Assembly: GCF_001194135.2 (NCBI RefSeq)
Contig: NC_068982.1
Coordinates: 56,392,546 to 56,450,180 of the forward strand
DNA: 57,635 bases
Origin: Octopus bimaculoides
Taxonomy: Eukaryota
Direction of reading: 5' to 3'
In this document: piece after piece, positions 38,986 to 52,050 of the stretch
Position numbering within the stretch: the stretch's first letter is position 1
Layout: the number at the start of each line of letters is the position of its first letter
Position numbers and translations under genes: made by a program
Notes under the pieces: generated by a model
Database searches by the model: none
What the model was told of the DNA's origin: nothing
The model's input: the letters and a program-made list of their open reading frames with translations, nothing else

Positions 38986-39460
38986 GCGTATATGTGTGGG
39001 TGTGCGAGTGTGTATATATGTGCACGATTGCGTAGGCACATAATTTGTATATGCTTATATGCATCTTGCAGTAATTGTGTAAGCATCTGTGTTTGTATTT
39101 GTTTGCATTTCTATCGCCGTATAAACAATCCATGCATTTCTAGGAAGGACACGATTTGGGAAAAATGAACGGAAAATAAAATGAAATAAAAATCAAGTGC
39201 AATAGAATAAATGAATAATGAAATAAAGGTGCGAAAGAATGAAACCAAAAACAACAACAAAAGGAAGAGAATACAGGAATAGAGAAACAGGAATAAAATG
39301 GAAACGCAGTGAGTGGTGAAAGGGGATGTACGAGTAATATAGTCAGAGTTACATTTGCAAGTATGAAATCGACTCTTTTTATAGTCATGTTTTTTATCAT
39401 ATCCTGAGGTTATCCCCAGGACATTTTGTGGATAAATCTACATAACACGACTGACAATGG

Positions 39461-39547
<87 letters not shown>

Positions 39548-40039
39548 GGAAGTCAGCCTTGCTATTCCGGTTATTTTATGTTAAGGTATGTTACGTTGGA
39601 CTGTACTATGTTGAAATTTTTTTACTTTTGTTTATATATTTGGAGGTTGCTTTTTGTTGTTGGTGGTGGTAGTACTGCTGTTGTTTTTAGCGTTGGTCTT
39701 GTTGTTGTTGTTGTTGGTGGTGGTGTTTTTATTTTTTGATTTAAATATATGGTTGACACATTTTGGCCATCGGGACATTGTAGCATACTAGGTGTTCTAC
39801 AAATGTTTGCTATAATATGCAGATAAAATGTATATACACATATTCAAATAGAGAAGCACTCATACACACACACGTGTGTGCATATAATATATGCGCATGC
39901 GTGAGTGTGTGTGTGTGTGTTTAGGTATGTATGAATATATGCATGTTTGTGTGTGCGTGTATGTGTGTGTGTGTGTGTGTATAAATGCGACTGCCATGTA
40001 GACAGAACGTTTATTGATAGTTAAGTGTGTATATATATA

Positions 40040-40087
<48 letters not shown>

Positions 40088-40226
40088 TATATATATATAT
40101 TTGTGTGTATATTTATACCCAAACAGATAGACAGACAGACAGATAGATAGGTATATAGATAGATGCAAAGATAGACAGATAGAGAAATAGACAGACAGAC
40201 AGAGAGAGAGAGACAGACAGACAGAC

Positions 40227-40285
<59 letters not shown>

Positions 40286-40454
40286 CAGACGGATGAATTG
40301 ACGGATGGATGGATGGCTAGATAGCTAACTATCTAACTAGATAGATAGATAAATAGATAGACAGACAAATAAAGAGGTGCAATGGTGGTAAACGGAATCA
40401 TACTAGAAATAAACTAAAATGACGCCACACACGGACGTAAATATAAACTAAAAA

Positions 40455-40610
40455 TGTAGCATCGTTTGGCAGAGTCGTTAGAGCGTCTGATTGATTACTT
40501 TGCGGTGATCATTCCGGTTCTTCGTGCTCTGAGTTCAAATCCTACCAAAGTTAACTGTAACCATTAGTCAATAAATAGAATACCAGTCCTGTACTGGGAT
40601 CGATCTAGCA
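40455..40610 (+). mobile_element. Diverged SINE family A
   Basis: tggcagagtcgttagagcg...tctgagttcaaat...accagtcctgtactgggatcgat. Confidence 0.65.
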
Positions 40611-40782
40611 CTTTCATTCATTGCCTGTCTTTCTCTTTATCTACCTATGGGAGAAATCGAGTATGGTCAGACCTGGAGAGAGTAAGGCTCCACCAGATAT
40701 AAAATTTACCAAGATACGCGGAATGTAACGACGGCACTCGCTACGAAACCGTCAAAGTTTTGAGGTAACCATAGCTGATCGA

Positions 40783-41048
40783 GTGGAGGCGCGTGGCTTA
40801 ATGGTTAGGGTGTCAGCATCATGATCGTAAGATTGTGGTTTCGATTCCTGGACCGGGCGACGCATTGTGTTCATGAGCAAAACACTTCATTTCACGTTGC
40901 TTCAGTCCACTCAGCTGGCAAAAATGAGTAACGATGCGATGGACTGGCGTCCCGTCCAGCTGGGGAACACATACGCCATTGAAACCGGGAAATCGGGCCA
41001 ATGAGCCTGGCAAGGCTTTAAAAGGGCGCATTTATTTATTTATTTATT
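40783..41048 (+). mobile_element. SINE family C, full length
   Basis: Collinear with 10653-10919. 12-bp TSD atagctgatcga at 40771-40782 and 41049-41060. Confidence 0.93.
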
Positions 41049-41334
41049 ATAGCTGATCGAAATATAGGAGGGTGGTTTCTTTCGACGCATCGATTTTTGC
41101 CACACAACAAAGTACACGCGCTCATATGTGCGAGTGTGTGTGTGTGTGTGTGAAAGTGAGAGAGAGGGAGCTTTCGCACAGTTTCGAATTTTTTTCCTCT
41201 AGTGACAACTTTCGTACAAATGGACTTACAATAACGTTAAATTTAACATATGTGTAACAGTCATCATAAGAAAACTTTCAGTTATTATTTCAATCGCTAT
41301 TATTTTTTTAATAATTAATAATAGTGATAATAAT

Positions 41335-42460
41335 TATGGTTTCAAATTTTGGCACAGGACCATCAATCCCAGGGGAGAGGGTAAATCGTTTACATCGCCC
41401 TCAGTGCTCAACTGGCACTTATTCCATCGACCCCAAAAGGATGAAAGGCAAAATCGAGCTCGGCAGAATTTGAACTTAGAGCGTACAGGCGGACGAAATA
41501 CTGCTAAGCATTTTTCCCGGCGTGCTAACGATTCTGCCAAATAATAATACTAACAATGATAATCTTTCTACAATAGGCACAAGGTCTGAAAATTTGGAGG
41601 AGGGGGATAGTCGATTACATCAACTCCAGTGCGAAACTGGTGCTTATTTTATCGACCCCGAAAAATGAAAGGCAAAGTTGACCACGGCAGAATTTGAACT
41701 CAGAACGTAAAGACGGACCAAATAGTAGCATTTCGCCCAGCGTGCTAACGATTCTGTCAGCTCGCCCTCTAAAAATTGTTAATAAAAATTTCCCAGCACC
41801 AGAATTACATTTTAATACTTCTAGTTTTGGAGAAAATTCGAATTATATCACCTCATGCCATATGGGGGTGAACAACTTTGTGGCCAAAAGCTTTCAAATT
41901 TGGAGAAAACCACATTAATATTATAATCCTCAACTGAATTAGTTTTTGATGAAGATTTGCAAATTGTCTTTTCCTCATCGCACAAAAACTTTGCAGGGGC
42001 CCTTACTATATATTCCTCAGTTTTCGTTATTTGTAATTCGTTCCTTGATTATATCATAACGCTTTCGAATTTGGTACAAGGCCAGCAATTTCAGCGAGAA
42101 GGGGTTAGTTGATTACATCGACATCAGTACTTTGCTTATAGTTTATGAAAGGACGAAAGGCAAAGTGAATCTCGGTGGTATTTGAACTCAGAACTGGAAG
42201 AAATGCCTGAAAACATTTTGTCCCATGTGCTAATGATTCTGCCAGCTCGCCTTCTTATAGTATTATAACCCTTTCTACTATTGGGCACAAAGCCTGAAGT
42301 TTGGGGAAGGAAATTTGTCAATTACATGTTTAACTGGTACTAATTTTATCGACCCCGAAAGGATGACAAGGAAAGTCGACTTCGGTGAAATTTGAACTCC
42401 AAACGTAAAGACAGATAGAATGTTGCTATGCATTTTGTCCAACGTGCTAACTACTCTGCC
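41335..42460 (-). mobile_element. Array of four same-orientation SINE family A copies
   Basis: Copies at about 41335-41540, 41555-41768, 42060-42255 and 42262-42460. Confidence 0.9.
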
Positions 42461-42698
42461 AGTGTCACCGACTCATAACATCAGAGTAATACAAGATGAG
42501 GCAGGCTAATATCTCTCAATGATCTTTATATGGAAATATCGTAAAATTACTACAGAAGTTAAGCAAAAATATCTTCCCGTAGGAGTGTAACACATTCTTG
42601 TATATAATGAAAAGATTAGATAAAAAGAGCATTCACCAAGAGCTGTAATATCTGGAAAAAGCTGTCATTCCTTGCCAGATAAATGAACAACATGAGTG

Positions 42699-42756
<58 letters not shown>

Positions 42757-43872
42757 ATTCAAACTAGGACAGTTTTATTCCTTGATAAAGCAGAATAATT
42801 TGATGCAAATATTGATTTATATCATTGACACAGATTTGTACGGAAAGAATAGTGATATTGTTGTGTAATGTTCATTAGCTTTTTTCAGAAACTTTAGCGA
42901 CATAAGTGACGCGAAGTGAAGTGGATATAAAATGATGCATGATGGAAAAACAAAACAAAAAGCAAAAACAAAACAAAAAAAGAAATCTTGGACAGAAGGA
43001 GATTTGTGGTAGCTTGGAATTCACCTCTGTTTTTCTCTGGTAGACTACGCAAATACAAACTGAAAGGCCACCAGCATGGAAACAACTGAAACAATGTTAG
43101 AAATGAAAGACATGGCAGATTCAAAAATTAATTTAATAAATCAGAATAGCAAGGGGACAAATAACTATAGAAACAAGGAACAAGGAAGCAGAAAATAAAC
43201 AATTAAATAGTACACTTCTTAATGATTATCTAGTACGGCCAGAGGTGTCAGATTTATTAACATTTGAAACAAACCTATCACTTTTAGGCATACATTTTTT
43301 TTCCATTACTGGACCTCCATTTACTACATATTCAACGCACTCTCAGACAAACACATCCACACATACACACATAGAAATACGAATAATCAAACATAATCGC
43401 AAGCAGATATAAGAAGCACACACACACGTGTGTGTGTGTGTGTGTGTGTGTGTACGATGAGACTCTCGCATGGATATATACCTGCCATTCACACAAAATA
43501 ACATTCACATATACTCTAATGTGTAAAAAATCGTGTGAAAAGCTCCTGGTGAGCACGACGCAGTTTCGATTCCCGGTTGAATTTCATATCTGGCAATTGC
43601 ATAAAAAAAACGACTGTCTTTCGGAAATTGATGTAAGTCGTCACGGCATCTTACTTCCCCTCACTTAAAAAAAACCAGGGTCAAATATTTAGCTTATACA
43701 AAATTCGTAGTACCTCAAAATAGTAAAACAAAATAAAATAAAATAAGACTACTGAACGATATCCATGTGTAGGAATTAATTATTTCTCGGAATAATTTTA
43801 ACGTTTTAATTCAGTCACCTTTAACCTTCTTTCTCTCTTCTGTTTTGCACATGCCTCCCCGCCGCACATGCA

Positions 43873-43907
<35 letters not shown>

Positions 43908-45289
43908 ATGTATGTATGTATGTATGTATGTATAGGCGTGGTGGATCTATTCCATCCCAATCACAGATTTTTTAAATTAATTTTTGTTTTAACTAAACAG
44001 TTTGAAACTTCGAATACTGGTAGAATTTCTCACGTAGAACACGGTTTATTCTGAACGTTTTTGACAAAGTTTCTTATTTTAAAAGTTATTTCGTGTTAAA
44101 TTTGTCGTATTTGGGAACCTTCAACCAATCAACTACGTGTATTTGGTTGAAGAAACCTACTGCTGTTTGCGATAGTAATCGAAGAGGAACAACTTGGATT
44201 TTGTTACATTAATCAAACCTCCTCTCTCTTCACTCCTCAACTCATTTCCTTTTCTTATATTTTATCATCTGAAGCAAAGCAGCTTACCTTTTGTTTCGGA
44301 TTCTCCTGTCTTACCATTTGGTGTGGACTTTTTCTTTTTTTGTTTATCCACTATTACTGTTGGATTTATTACCCTTATTAGAAGATGACTGAAAAGAACC
44401 ATCAAGTGGGTGTTAAAGAAAGAATGCGAAAAAGATTCATAAAGGGAGAGTTATGTTAGGCGTTAAAATGTATTTTTATAAAGGTTTTATTCGAGAGAAA
44501 TATTCAACTATATTGCAAAAAGATTAAAGCTTTTAACATTTTCTCTGTGATCAATACATGACAATAATGATAAATTTAGATCAAGTGCTCCAGCTCCGTT
44601 AAAAGCCCGGACACTTCGTTTTATAGAGATCTCAGGCGATACTTGAAATGGAATTGCTCTTGAGAGTGGATCGATAATAAAACTTGGCGTTACGTATCGA
44701 TAAATATAATTGTCGTTCAACAGAAAAGTAAAAGTTTGAATGACAATTCATGGAAAGTGGAAGATTCCGCTGCAGTTCTGCTGCAACGTCTCTCCTTGCT
44801 CGTAAAATTTGATCGGAAAGATTTAAAGAAGAGCTTTAATTCGCTCAAGTATTAAAATAACCGGGAAAGCTGTCTGTGCTAATACAAAAGTTGCTACTAA
44901 TTGTCCACAGGAGTTGGAAACTATTGCATAAGGACGTCAATTCCAACGCATGTACACAACTGGGATTTTCTCGAAGCGCTTCTTTTTTTTTGTTAAGGCT
45001 TTTATTTCTACTGAGAAAAAGTCAACTTTAAAGTTCCCCCTAATCGTCTGCTATTTCTTATGAGAAGAAATGCCACTGCTGATGTGAAATTAAACCACCA
45101 AAATATGAAAAGCTTTCAATGACTATTCTTAATCTTAATCTTGTGATTTGCTGTTCAAACAAAAAAGCTTGAACTTTTTCAAACACTGATTTAAGCTGAT
45201 CTTGCTCTACTCTAGAAAGGTACAGTGATAGGCGTATTATTTCCAACGAAGTATTGTTCATTTTGACAAGACAGCAAGTCACCCAGTGA

Positions 45290-45682
45290 ACTTAGGCGAT
45301 CTTTCTGGTCAGGATCATTCAGTATCATACGATCGGTCTAGTCAAGGTCGTTTCTTCTCGTCTTTTTTGTATGTACTGACTCTTGAGCCACTACAGCGGA
45401 AACTAGAGACTTTTCACGAGAACTAGGATGCGAAAAAACCGTGATGACAAACACAAATGACATCACCATCATAATATAGGACACGAGGCAAATAGAGGTG
45501 ATCGGCACCGCTTTAAGAGACTACGAAGCGGTGACAGAAGAAAAATCAAGCGGGAAAGTCACTGGACCTGCAGCTTTGTACACGGAGAGGTAGGTCAATG
45601 TCATTCAACAGCGTCGTGGGGCGCTGGTTGGACGGATCAATTAAATTATTTGGGTTCTAGTTCAACCCAGATCTCCAATTGA
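45290..45682 (+). mobile_element. L1/Tx1-like LINE reverse transcriptase fragment
   Basis: FSIIRSV/QGRFFSSFLYVLTLEPLQRKLE...TNDITIII*DTRQIEVIGTALRDYEAVT corresponds to degenerate QGCPLSP and YADD motifs. Confidence 0.75.
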
Positions 45683-45818
45683 TTTTTTCATCATTTGGGC
45701 CTGTAAAGTTAATTATCTGGCACCTTCTATTCTCTTTATCTACTACTACTAAATCAGGCCTTCTAGCTTCTATTACTCTGTCATATTCAAATCCTACTTT
45801 TCTACATAACTCTCTCTC

Positions 45819-46206
45819 GTGGAGGCACAATGGCCCAGTGGTTAGGGCAGCTGACTCGCGGTCATAGGATCGCGGTTTCGATTCCCAGACCGGGTGTTGT
45901 AAGTGTTTATTGAGCGAAAACACCTAATGCTCCACGAGGCTCCGGCAGGGGATGGTGGCGAACCCTGCTGTACTCTTCCACCACAACTTTCTCTCACTCT
46001 TACTTCCTGTTTCTGTTGTACCTGTAATTCAAAAGGTCAGCCTTGTCACACTGTGTCACGCTGAATATCCCCGAGAACTACGTTAAGGGTACACGTGTCT
46101 GTGGAGTGCTCAGCCAGTTGCACGTTAATTTCACGAGCAGGCTGCTCCGTTGATCGGATCAACTGGAACCCTCGACGTCGTAAGCGACGGAGTGCCAACA
46201 GCAACA
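45819..46206 (+). mobile_element. SINE family D, full length, inserted into the R4/Dong element
   Basis: tRNA-like head tggcccagtggttagg...ggtttcgattccc and (caa)n tail. The 9-bp TSD acataactc (45804-45812, 46207-46215) duplicates the LINE codons for ELC. Confidence 0.92.
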
Positions 46207-46384
46207 ACATAACTCACAGTACTCTCCCTTGTCATGTTGTCATGTCTTTTCTTGTATTCTTTCTGTGCCAGCATGCTATATTCGCTCACTATATGAGTAA
46301 TGCTTTCCTCTTTTGATTTGCATGACCGACATTGGCAATCTACTTGCTTTTGTCTATCTTGGCTTTTATCCAATTTGTCCTTAA

Positions 46385-48241
46385 CACATTAGTGCCCAAA
46401 TTTATTTCTTTAATTTATTATCAAAAATCTTTTTTATCTATACAACTTTATCTGATACTAAATATATATAAAGAAAAAAATTATTACAATATTCTAAGAA
46501 AACTAGACATTTCTAGTTTGGTCCTTTTTTTTAGGACCATGGGCATATGGGGTAGTTTTATTAAAACAAAGAGGATTTTAGAAGTAGAATACTTGATTTC
46601 AAAAGGCAAAATATAACTAAAAATGCTTTCTTTTAGTTATTAATTCAAATGAAATGCATATTAATTGAGAAAAAAAAAAGAAAGAAAAAAGAATAAAAAG
46701 TAATTTTTATTCTGAACAATCTAAATACAGATTACTTCGAATATCATTTGTTGAAACATTCACCCATATGAAGACTAACATCACATTTTACACATTGTTT
46801 TGAATTTTGAATTTTTTTTTTTTTTTTTTTTTTTTTTGCAAAAGGCACATTTTCTGTTTCTCTTCCTCTGTTCTATGAAGACTATGTCCAATAGTAGAAA
46901 ATCTAATTTCTGGTATTACTTTTGAAGAAAATGCCTTTGGCAGTCCTGAATTTTTAGCGGTCTAACTTTGAATCCTTTATCATCTTTATACTTTTCAGCA
47001 TTTTCATTGTCAACAAAATTAAGAAACCTTTTGATGCTTAAAAATCTGTTTTTTGGCATTGTTTTCGAACAATTAGAATTTCAAAGTCGTCAGACATACT
47101 CCAATAATGCCGTTTACATGATAGTCTATGGTATCCTGAAAAAAGTAGGATTCCAATGAAATTTCTCAGACAGTTTGTTGACAAACTAAAAACAAGTACA
47201 TTTTTCTGAGTGGAATAAGTGACAGATTCTCTGCAAATTTCACTTAGTAAATTCTCGTCAAGGAAAAGTTCAAAAATCTCAACTGGGCTCTTGCCAAGTA
47301 CTTTATCTTTCATTGATTTCATTCTCTCATCTGATCCATCAGTAGTTGGTGATACAAATTTTGAAAAATTAGGCTCAGTCTTTTCCCAAGAGAAATCTGA
47401 GCTTCTCTTTCTTTTTCCTTTTGGTTGTGTTAGTTCTTCTTCATTATCATACCGATGAATCTCAACACTTCCTGTGAGATAAAGGTCGGATCTCTGTTCT
47501 CATCATCTAAAATCTCATCATCAAAGTCTTCTTCATCAGTGAGTTCATTTACTGGTGGAGGAATTTCAACGTTATCAATAAAGTTTTCATCACTAGGTGA
47601 CTCATTTTCTTCTGCATAATTTACTGCATCAAGAACTGAATAGACTGACTTTACTGAATGGTAGTAAGCCATGGGAAAGTATCTGAAAATAAAACTGAAA
47701 TAAGAACAATAAAGAAAGAAAATAACAAATAAAAATATATTTTTCGCAATTGTCTATATATAGAAAATGTTTGCAGCATAAAAAAAGTTTGGCTCTACAA
47801 ACCGTTTTCTCTTTTACACAACTTCTGTAGAAAACGGAAAAAATGGAGTTCTAGTGACCGTGGTTCTTATATTAGGACCAAACTTTTAGAGCATGCTATA
47901 TTTGAGCAAAATTACTTTCAAAGTTTAGGACAGTTATAGAACAGTTAGAACAATTATTTATACTGTATACAAATATGGGTTGGATATAAGTATTACTTAC
48001 CAAAAAAGTTTCTGATTGAATAATAGATGAAGCTGAATGTATCCTTTCCCTCAAGATTTTCACACTGTACTGAACACTGAGACATCAGCGTTGCCAATAT
48101 ACATCAAACAGTAGATGTAATATTTGAAAGACACTCCAGTCTTGATGACTAACTAAAGATATCTCAGAAAAATACAGGTGTTGCAGAAATATGATGGATT
48201 ATCTTTCTAGTCCTAACAAAATGACCATGAGCGCTAATGTG
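46385..48241 (-). mobile_element. Internally deleted piggyBac (PGBD2/3-like) element
   Basis: TTAA TSDs at 46381-46384 and 48242-48245, and imperfect 14-bp TIRs cacattag(t/c)gc(c/t)ca. Transposase pieces: EIPPPVNELTDEED (47430-47672), SPVEIFELFLDE...FIGILLFSGYH (47038-47322) and a C-terminal RKCAFC...C..C cysteine cluster. The catalytic core is deleted. Confidence 0.92.
47683..48000 (-). other. Putative 5'-UTR intron inside the piggyBac element
   Basis: Donor ttg|GTAAGT at 48000 and acceptor ttttattttcag| at 47683, 10 nt before the transposase ATG (47672). Confidence 0.6.
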
Positions 48242-49321
48242 TTAATGCTTGATCTTGTGCAGCTACTAACAAACTTTCTGTCTCCCCTTTCAGCTTTCTC
48301 TTCTGCAACTATAGCCATGTCTCACTACTACTATTTGCTGCAACAGTCTTTGAGAATCTACTATACAACTCCTTTAGATAATTCAGATAATTCAGGTAGT
48401 CAGATAATTTCTGTTCTTTTTTCTGATTTTTAACTTCGTTTGGGTCTTTGGTTTCCCTATATCTTGCTGTGATTCTAGCAGCTTTTAATACACTTTCTTC
48501 ACTGTTTCCTACATAGGAGTGTATATCTTACTCTAGCTAACTTCACGCAGTCTTCTAATAATATTAGCCCTCTTCCGCCTTCCTTTCTAGGTAGGTATAA
48601 TCTTACTACTCCTGATTTGGGTGGAGTCCTCCATTCATATTGAATTCCTTCCTAGTTCTTCTGTCTAGTTTTTTTTAATTCAGTTTTTGTCCAATTAACA
48701 AAAGCTGCTGAGAATCTAAGTAATGATACAACCCAAGTATTTACAGCCTTCACTAGATTCAGACCATTTAGCTTTGACTTCATTAGCTTCCTCATCCTTC
48801 TGATATACTCCTTCTCAATTTTCGTTTTCATTTCTATAGTTAATACTCTGCCAGATTCTAAATACTCCGAGATGCTTATAACTCTCTCCTCCTTTCAATG
48901 ATTTTAATGTCTAGCCATCTGGTAATTGGATGCCTTCGCTGTTGACTACCTGTCCCCTTCCCATGACTAATATTGCACACGTATCTATGCCAAATTCCAT
49001 GCCTGTATCTTCCATGTAAAGCAAATGGCTAATTTTTCCTTTACTTTTTCTGAACTGATACCATGCCTTTGCCTTCCTTAATACTAAACTGAGGGGGATC
49101 AAACATGATACAAATATTAAAGGGAACAACGAGCCCTCCTGGAAAATTCCTCTTTTGATATTGACTTTCCCGAAGAGTATGTATTTGTCTGAATATTTTT
49201 TTATTATACCTAAAGCGCCTACTATGATAGGAATTGTTTCTGTTTTTAGATTCCATATTCGAGTTACCTCTATTTCCAGGTCTTTGTATTTTGAAAGTTT
49301 CTCCATTTCTTTTAGGGAAAC

Positions 49322-49426
<105 letters not shown>

Positions 49427-50259
49427 TGAATGTCTGGAACGTTATTTTGAGTATTAGATGGTAAGTTTTGTCTTGTGAACTTAGATAATTGGTTCTGAGC
49501 TAATGTCTAAGCTATGTCTTACCGTTGGTTTGTAAGTTATTTACAGGTGTTTCAGTAGAGAATATTTGCAGTTCTTAAGAAGAAAAAAAAAAGAAAAAAA
49601 AAAGCATTTAAAAGTAAAGGAAGTAAAGAATAATTGTAATATACAGAAATTTTTCTGTTAACTATAAATAGAAAGTGTTATCGAAATGTCGAAATGACAT
49701 AGCTTGCTTATAAAAAGTTATGATATTATTCAGTCTTGAATAAAAGTGATGTTTAAATGGGATAAAGATTACAAATATTCGCATAAGAAAGTTGGAAATG
49801 AGGATGGATGGCGTGTTGAAAAGCAGAAGCAATATATCCTTGTTAATAACAAGGCATTTTTGAAGCTTAGATCTTACCGAGTGAGAGTGTGGGCCTCTTT
49901 TGCTCTTGTGATATGTTTCATGCCGCAAATATTACTGCCATGAATGATAAAGATATATGCATGCAATAAGAAACTGACAGCTTAAAAAACGGAAGATAGA
50001 AGGAAATCTTTTTATGAAAAATAACAATTTGTTCACGAAGAACAAAGATCAAATAGAAATCTGGTTTACGAACGGTAAATGTATTCAGTGAAGATATTTA
50101 TGGGTGTGACTGGAATGGAGCAGGTAATGCAGATATGATTTTTATAGGAATGATATGAGCAGAATAACATAGACAAAGTAATGAAGAATGCTGCTGTGCG
50201 TATTTGATATGTTTGGTGAAAGATGAAAGCTAACATAGTCACAAAACCCAAGATTTTGT

Positions 50260-50440
50260 GAGAAGGAACTTGTCGATTGAGATCGGTTATAATTATTAGT
50301 TGTAACTTATTTATCGACCCCTGGGATGAATATAACGAAGTCGACTTTGGTGTGATTTGAACTCAGGGCGTAAAGGGATACAACTAAATAGCGCAAAGCA
50401 TTTTTGTCCGGCGCGTTACCGATTAAGCTATCTAACACCC
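50260..50440 (-). mobile_element. Diverged SINE family A
   Basis: tttatcgacccctgggatgaa...gtcgactttggtgtgatttgaactcagg. Confidence 0.75.
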
Positions 50441-50589
50441 GCCTTCTTTCTTGGCTAAAGATAATGAAAACAGAAGTGAATGTACCAATCAGTAAAAAAA
50501 AAAAATGGTTACTTAACGAGGTACAGACAAATTCTTAACGATAATGTTAACGTCGAAAGCGACAGAAATAACGGTTTTAAAATCCTGGT

Positions 50590-50800
50590 TTGCTCAAAAG
50601 GAAGAGAACTACGTGTCCGTCTTTTGGAAGTTAATCGGAACTGGGGAGATTAATAGAGCAGTCAGGAAAACCTGAAGTAGTGATGAAATCGATTGATTAA
50701 GGCAAGATGGGGAACTGTCTTTAAAGGCCTCATCAGAAAAGCGCACAGAGAAAGAGCCCTTGCCAATCAACCACATGGCTACATTTGATGTGAATTTGTG
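50590..50800 (+). mobile_element. Probable decayed L1/Tx1-like ORF2 post-endonuclease linker
   Basis: VFWKLIG...IKARWGTVFKGLIRKAHRERALA across a frameshift resembles the WKLN...W...K..IR region that follows APE domains. Confidence 0.35.
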
Positions 50801-51249
50801 CGAAGGGACATCACTGTTACACAGACATGGGAACAATATTTCTAATGCTAGGCGTGAACTTTGTAAAGAGTCATCAAAAGATCGGTGCTAGAGTATATGC
50901 TGTATCTGAAGCAAAAGTTTCTCATTCGACGAGTAGCTATACCTTGTCATTGATCTTTTTTATTTACAGATATTAGAAAAATAGCAGAATTTATATTGGT
51001 GTTTATCTTAATTTCTACTACACATATATATGATATATAAAAATATTTTTATTTATAAGAAGTGTCGTTGAAAGATTGAAATGACATACCTTAACTGTAA
51101 AATACCCCCTCATGATATCTTTATTCATTCTCAAATAAATACTGTTACGCGCGCGGGTGCGTGCGTATGAAATAACCATCAGAGGTGCTTTGTTTCATGC
51201 ACAAACTGTATGAAATATTTAAAGATACTGCAAGCTCTTCTGCTGATAG

Positions 51250-52050
51250 GAACTAAATCTATCACAATGGAAGAGAATCTTCGAGAATCTCGGGGTCTCA
51301 AGCGTTTCACACCTTCGCTTGTATGCTTCGCCTGAGTAGGGCAGCCAGGATGGAATTAGCTTTCGCCAGCAGAAGACTTCCATCTGTGGTCTCTTATTTC
51401 TTTACTGCCCACAAGGGGCTACACACAGAGGGGACAAACAAGGACATACAAACGGATTAAGTCGATTATATCGACCCCAGTGTGTAACTGGTACTTATTT
51501 AATAGACCCCGAAATGATGAAAGGCAAAGTCGACCTCGGCGGAATTTGAACTCAGAACGTAACGGCAGACGAAATACCGCTGAGCATTTCGCCCGGCGTG
51601 CTAACGTTTCTGCCAGCTCGCCTCTGTGGTCTCTTGCCAACCACAACCATCTAGAATAGATTTCAGCTGCCTTGGTCTTAGCTCCTTCGTACCTTTCTTC
51701 AGTTGCTTGTGTTCCAAACCAATCTTCTGCAGGAAATAGCGCACTGATCTCGGTGGAAAATCCGCGGTAACCAATGAAGTGTGGATCTTGTGAAAGGATG
51801 GCTGCGCGCCATTCTTTGACAAGAATCTTATAAACGAAGTCCTGATATTTTTGCTTTCTTCAGTTTGGCAAAAAAATCTCAAAGGGGTCCCCCAAGAGAA
51901 ATGAGTGTTCAGCCACAATGATTGCTTTTGCACTCCTGGATAAGGGGAACATGCCTGGTTGAAGCGAATGTTACTGCCAGCCCTTCTGGAAAAAAATGAG
52001 TCTAACACCTCAGATCTGCATACGTCTTCATGCAAACCAGAAAATACCGC
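51250..52050 (-). mobile_element. Coding-like remnant, probably decayed L1/Tx1 ORF2 endonuclease end and linker, split by a SINE A
   Basis: One frame is open from 52050 to 51623 (RSEVLDSFFSRR...SVRYFLQKIGLE...). After removing the SINE it continues DGSLLLAKANSILAALLRRSIQAKV*NA*. GC is higher than in the flanks. Confidence 0.4.
51396..51622 (-). mobile_element. SINE family A, full length
   Basis: ggcgagctggcagaaacgttagcacgccgggcg...gtcgactttgcctttcatc...ctggggtcgat. 13-bp TSD tctgtggtctctt at 51383-51395 and 51623-51635. Confidence 0.95.

Noticed and set aside
20040-42460. Recurring 30-40 nt motifs (gtcgactttgcctttcatcc...) as a CRISPR-like array
   Set aside because: They are internal parts of dispersed SINE A copies with irregular spacing and homologous intervening sequence. 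The DNA is eukaryotic and there are no cas genes.
45058-45282. Minus ORF VEQDQLKSVFEKVQAFLFEQQ...
   Set aside because: Short, with no homology and a weak donor.
3532-48241. Fanzor/TnpB-like nuclease associated with the DNA transposons
   Set aside because: No RuvC-type motifs or zinc-finger/RDxNA signature were seen in any translated fragment.
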